64,000 bases of DNA from a virus: the IMG/VR virus record IMGVR_UViG_3300020198_000012, positions 6,959 through 70,958 of that record. The stretch is one strand, 5' to 3'. The notes under the pieces are model-generated. The model ran no database searches, was not told the origin of the DNA, and saw only the letters and a program-made list of their open reading frames with translations. The position numbers were made by a program, and so were the translations under genes. Positions 61,115-64,000 of the stretch are shown here, piece after piece (position 1 is the first letter of the stretch; each line of letters begins with the position of its first letter).

Positions 61115-61415
61115 CTATATCATCTTCCTCATAACTGTGAAATTCTTCAAAAATTTTCTTTGCTGCTATTAATTCCCCAAAGTTAATGTTTATAACTAAT
61201 ATTTCTTTTCCTAATTTCATTTCTTGGGCTAATCCTACCAGGGAAAGTATACTACCAATAGCTACCATAGGGTCTTTATCACTTAAAATACCTATCATTG
61301 CTTTTTTAGCTTCTTTTGAAAGGTTGTTAATTAAATCCTCTAATAAAATTTGTTTAGGTTCAAGTTTAATATCCTTTTTATCAACAGGTTTACTAATCTT
61401 CTTCTTCTTCGTCAT
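61107..61415 (-). CDS. Hypothetical protein
   Basis: Coupled ORF. Confidence 0.6.
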   Translation of the reverse strand: MTKKKKISKPVDKKDIKLEPKQILLEDLINNLSKEAKKAMIGILSDKDPMVAIGSILSLVGLAQEMKLGKEILVININFGELIAAKKIFEEFHSYEEDDIDD

Positions 61416-61555
61416 AAGGATCCTCTGGTTTATACCAATCTGGAGGCGAGGGTTCTTTACCCGGAGGAAAAGGATTAAAAGGTTCAGGGGTTGGCAATTA
61501 TAACAATAGTTATTAAAAGAAAATAAAAAATATTAGGTTATGGAGAATCGGTAAC

Positions 61556-61786
61556 CTATTTCCTGTATTTATAGAGCCAACCTTTTCCACAAGGACAAGA
61601 TTTTCTCATAACTTCATTATCCCTGTAAAGTGTTAAGATGTTATCATACATTGTTCTTACACCTAGTTTGGTTCTATGGATTAATTCTTGACATGAAAAC
61701 CAATCATCCTGATGTTTTGTAAAGAAATCCTGTAGAACCTTCCTATTTGGAGGAAGCCATTCATCAGTGTTTGGATTTTTAGACAT
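61556..61786 (-). CDS. Winged-helix protein with CPC wing
   Basis: WFSCQELIHRTKLGVRTMYDNILTL...CPCGKGWLYKY. Confidence 0.65.
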   Translation of the reverse strand: MSKNPNTDEWLPPNRKVLQDFFTKHQDDWFSCQELIHRTKLGVRTMYDNILTLYRDNEVMRKSCPCGKGWLYKYRK

Positions 61787-62480
61787 AAATTGTTGGAATT
61801 GCGTTAAACGCTTCTATTTTCTTATGTACTTGATAAGTTAGTTTAACATCTTTAATGTTGTGATCTAACACATAAGCCATAGCTTTTGGATCACCAAATC
61901 TTGCTAATTGCCATTCTGATTCTTCAATTCTAGTTTTTTTAACTTCACTGCCTGTTACAGCGCTAATAGCGTCTAAACGATAGCTATGTACTTTAATTGA
62001 AGTATGAGACATTTTCCATGTATCTCCATATCGAAGGGTTTTGTGTTTTGGTAATAGGTTATCTAATCCCATAATTAATGCTCTAGATCTAAGGAAAGGA
62101 ATATCGTGTTTTCCCCAACCAACTGAGTAATGACCTATTAAAAGGTCAATTTTTAAAGATTTCAAATCAGTTAGGAATTCAGTTAAAATCCTCCTATCGA
62201 AATCAACTGTTCTTTTTCTTAAAGAGGAATTGATGTCTTCGCGAGTTAATTTGTATTTCTTTACGGCTATTATTTTTTCACCGTGAGAATACTTTGTATC
62301 AATTTCCCTGACTAGAAGAACCACAGTTAAAAGATTTCCAAATTCAGGATCTAGATTGGTGTTTTCAATATCAACATATCCTATTCTTTTAATTCCATAC
62401 AATCGGTATTTTTGATGCATTGTATAGGCTGGATAGTCTTTTTTAATTAACTTTGATACCAATGTAATAATCCTTAGCAA
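61779..62480 (-). CDS. Stand-alone DEDD 3'-5' exonuclease (RNase_H_2/YprB-like)
   Basis: YVDIE, HDIPFLRSR, DTW, YRLD, HNIKDV. Confidence 0.85.
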   Translation of the reverse strand: MLRIITLVSKLIKKDYPAYTMHQKYRLYGIKRIGYVDIENTNLDPEFGNLLTVVLLVREIDTKYSHGEKIIAVKKYKLTREDINSSLRKRTVDFDRRILTEFLTDLKSLKIDLLIGHYSVGWGKHDIPFLRSRALIMGLDNLLPKHKTLRYGDTWKMSHTSIKVHSYRLDAISAVTGSEVKKTRIEESEWQLARFGDPKAMAYVLDHNIKDVKLTYQVHKKIEAFNAIPTIYV

Positions 62481-62590
62481 GGAATAGTATTTAAATGTTT
62501 AGGAATTAATACAAAATTTTGTCTTCAATAATACTTTCTCTGCCTATAGTTTAATTTTAACAGTCAAGGCGAAGAAAAAAAAATATAGCC

Positions 62591-63139
62591 TTAAAGGGCT
62601 ATAACTTTGTATTTTACCGCTGCACCAGCAGTTATTTTCACATCAGTACCATCGTGGGTACCTTCTGCGAGATCATAACTATTGCCATCTCCTTCAGTAA
62701 TTATAGGAATTACCAAAGAAGGTGTTCTACCTAAGCTATGGGCAATACTTTGTTCAGCCCCGTTACCTGTTTGCTCGGTGCTTTTAAAGAAGCTAATTTT
62801 TCCACTTTGAATAGTAGAAGAAGTAAATTTAGCATTCGTGATAGTATTGTCTCTGATCTTTGCGGTTTCAACTGCATCATCAGCTAGTTTTGCTACTGTT
62901 ACGGCGTCGCTTGCTATTTTTGCCGTCGTTACGGAAGAAGCTGCTAATTTGTCTGTAGAAACTGCAAGGTCAGCTATCTTTGCCGTGGTAACAGCGCTAT
63001 CTGTGATCTTGGCGGTTGTAACTGCGTTTGATGCAATATCAGCTGCAACAATCGTAGCGTCAACGATGTCTGAAGATTCTACTTCGACATCTGTGCCAAG
63101 TGCTCTGTCAATATGTTTTCCAGAAGTCATAAAAATCAA
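62591..63139 (-). CDS. Virion fibre-like protein with 10-aa (AVTTAKIADx) repeats
   Basis: About eight tandem decapeptide repeats and a C-terminal IAHSLGRTP domain. Confidence 0.7.
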   Translation of the reverse strand: MIFMTSGKHIDRALGTDVEVESSDIVDATIVAADIASNAVTTAKITDSAVTTAKIADLAVSTDKLAASSVTTAKIASDAVTVAKLADDAVETAKIRDNTITNAKFTSSTIQSGKISFFKSTEQTGNGAEQSIAHSLGRTPSLVIPIITEGDGNSYDLAEGTHDGTDVKITAGAAVKYKVIAL

Positions 63140-63625
63140 TATATTTTATTTCTCCTGAAATTTTAATGACCATGTCACCAAGAGACCGTTTCTATAGGTT
63201 AATTTGCTTTAAAGGTTATTAGTAGATTAACTATCTAATTGCTCCATCAATTGCAACAAGTCTTTAATTGTCATTATCAAAACTTTGTAACTTTTTCTCT
63301 ACCCAAAAGGGTTTTGAAAAATGCTTATACATGGATTTTTGGGTAATTTCCCAAAAACCCCCTTCCCGCCGCGGAATTGGCGCGCTAATATTTATATATT
63401 ATATATATAAAGCTTTCGTCTTATATATAAAGCTTTTGGTTATAAAATCTTTATATATAAGTACGATTTATATATTATAAAAAGAATATATAAGATGTAA
63501 TAAAAAATAAAATTCGCGCGCGTTTTTATTAAGCGCGTAAATTTTAAATTTTATTATAGATCGCTAGTAAGCTAGCGCAACAGCTAGCTCGCGATGAAAC
63601 GATCTACATAGGAAAACACACAGAC
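63140..63625. promoter_or_regulatory. Divergent control region (putative origin and/or early promoter array)
   Basis: Non-coding between divergent arms; repeated TTATATATAAAGCTTT, inverted repeats, CG-rich palindromes. Confidence 0.55.
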
Positions 63626-63886
63626 ATGAACACAAAGAAATCTGCAGTGTCCCAGTTCAGCGACATAGGTGTAGCTGAGATACCTGCAACAGACGTCTCC
63701 TTGACGAGCAAGATCGAGGAAGTGTTCCGAACATATCCAGACAAGTTCTTCACACAAAGAAACTTCGTCTGCGAAGGCTTCGGCAAACGCAATCCTCAGG
63801 TGCATCAATCGCTGATGCGCTTGCTAGAAAAAGGAACTATCTTCCGAGAAGGCAGCCGCAAGAAGTACTTCTACAAACTAAAGTAG
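63626..63886 (+). CDS. Winged-helix protein, first gene of the early arm
   Basis: YPDKFFTQ...NPQVHQSLMRLLEKGTI.REG.RKKYFYKLK; paralog of 5085 and 5869. Confidence 0.75.
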   Translation: MNTKKSAVSQFSDIGVAEIPATDVSLTSKIEEVFRTYPDKFFTQRNFVCEGFGKRNPQVHQSLMRLLEKGTIFREGSRKKYFYKLK

Positions 63887-63898
63887 AAGAACTTTCAG

Positions 63899-63942
63899 CG
63901 ACTACGTAGTCGGAAATCCCCTATTTTTTTTTTTTCATTTTT
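63899..63942 (+). terminator. Palindrome plus poly-T terminator
   Basis: Perfect 14-bp palindrome CGACTACGTAGTCG followed by a long T tract. Confidence 0.65.
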
Positions 63943-64000
63943 CACCTGGATTTTTTATCAAAGGGGTGCCCTGGGTGCCATTGCTGCCCTTGCTGCCGTG

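Larger units (their letters stand above)
1..64000. mobile_element. Archaeal tailed dsDNA virus genome (Caudoviricetes, siphovirus-like), near complete
   Basis: Terminase-portal-protease-scaffold-capsid-tail module on the - strand. PolB, MCM-like and ERCC4 genes on the + strand. Dense small ORFs, no cellular housekeeping genes. Confidence 0.95.

Noticed and set aside
1-64000. CRISPR array, tRNA or rRNA genes
   Set aside because: No regularly spaced direct repeats or cloverleaf/T-loop signatures found by eye. A tRNAscan or Infernal run would be needed to exclude them fully.
1-64000. Integrase, provirus boundaries or host flanks; amoC-type auxiliary gene
   Set aside because: No recombinase motifs, cellular housekeeping genes or amo-like ORF recognised. 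Lifestyle and exact host remain undetermined.

Overview
Most or nearly all of the genome of an AT-rich archaeal tailed virus (Caudoviricetes). It is siphovirus-like: HK97-type head module, tail tube, chaperone pair with a -1 frameshift, 980-aa tape measure, and no recognisable sheath. There are two convergent arms. The + strand (1-37619, resuming at 63626) carries early and replication genes: MoxR/VWA, a HerA-like ATPase, many small winged-helix and zinc-finger proteins, a nonulosonate-type sugar cluster, SSB/Sak4/Cas4-like recombination genes, PolB, an ERCC4 nuclease, an MCM-like helicase and a 7-deazaguanine DNA-modification set (FolE, QueD, QueE, QueC, DpdA-like, plus PRTase, kinase and nucleotide-modification-associated genes). 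The - strand (37703-63139) carries packaging, head and tail genes. An archaeal host is inferred from MCM, XPF/ERCC4, a PIP-box PolB, and TATA boxes 30 nt upstream of leaderless starts. A Nitrososphaerota-like host is only a guess. The most notable observations are: (1) a possible pre-replicative deazaguanine pathway coupled to a PolB with altered dNTP-pocket residues; (2) a virus-encoded NeuB/cytidylyltransferase/Maf glycosylation cassette; (3) a degenerate LigD-phosphoesterase domain fused to the prohead protease, next to a HiPIP-like head gene; (4) an eight-member winged-helix protein expansion. All family calls come from motif recognition by eye; no database searches were run.
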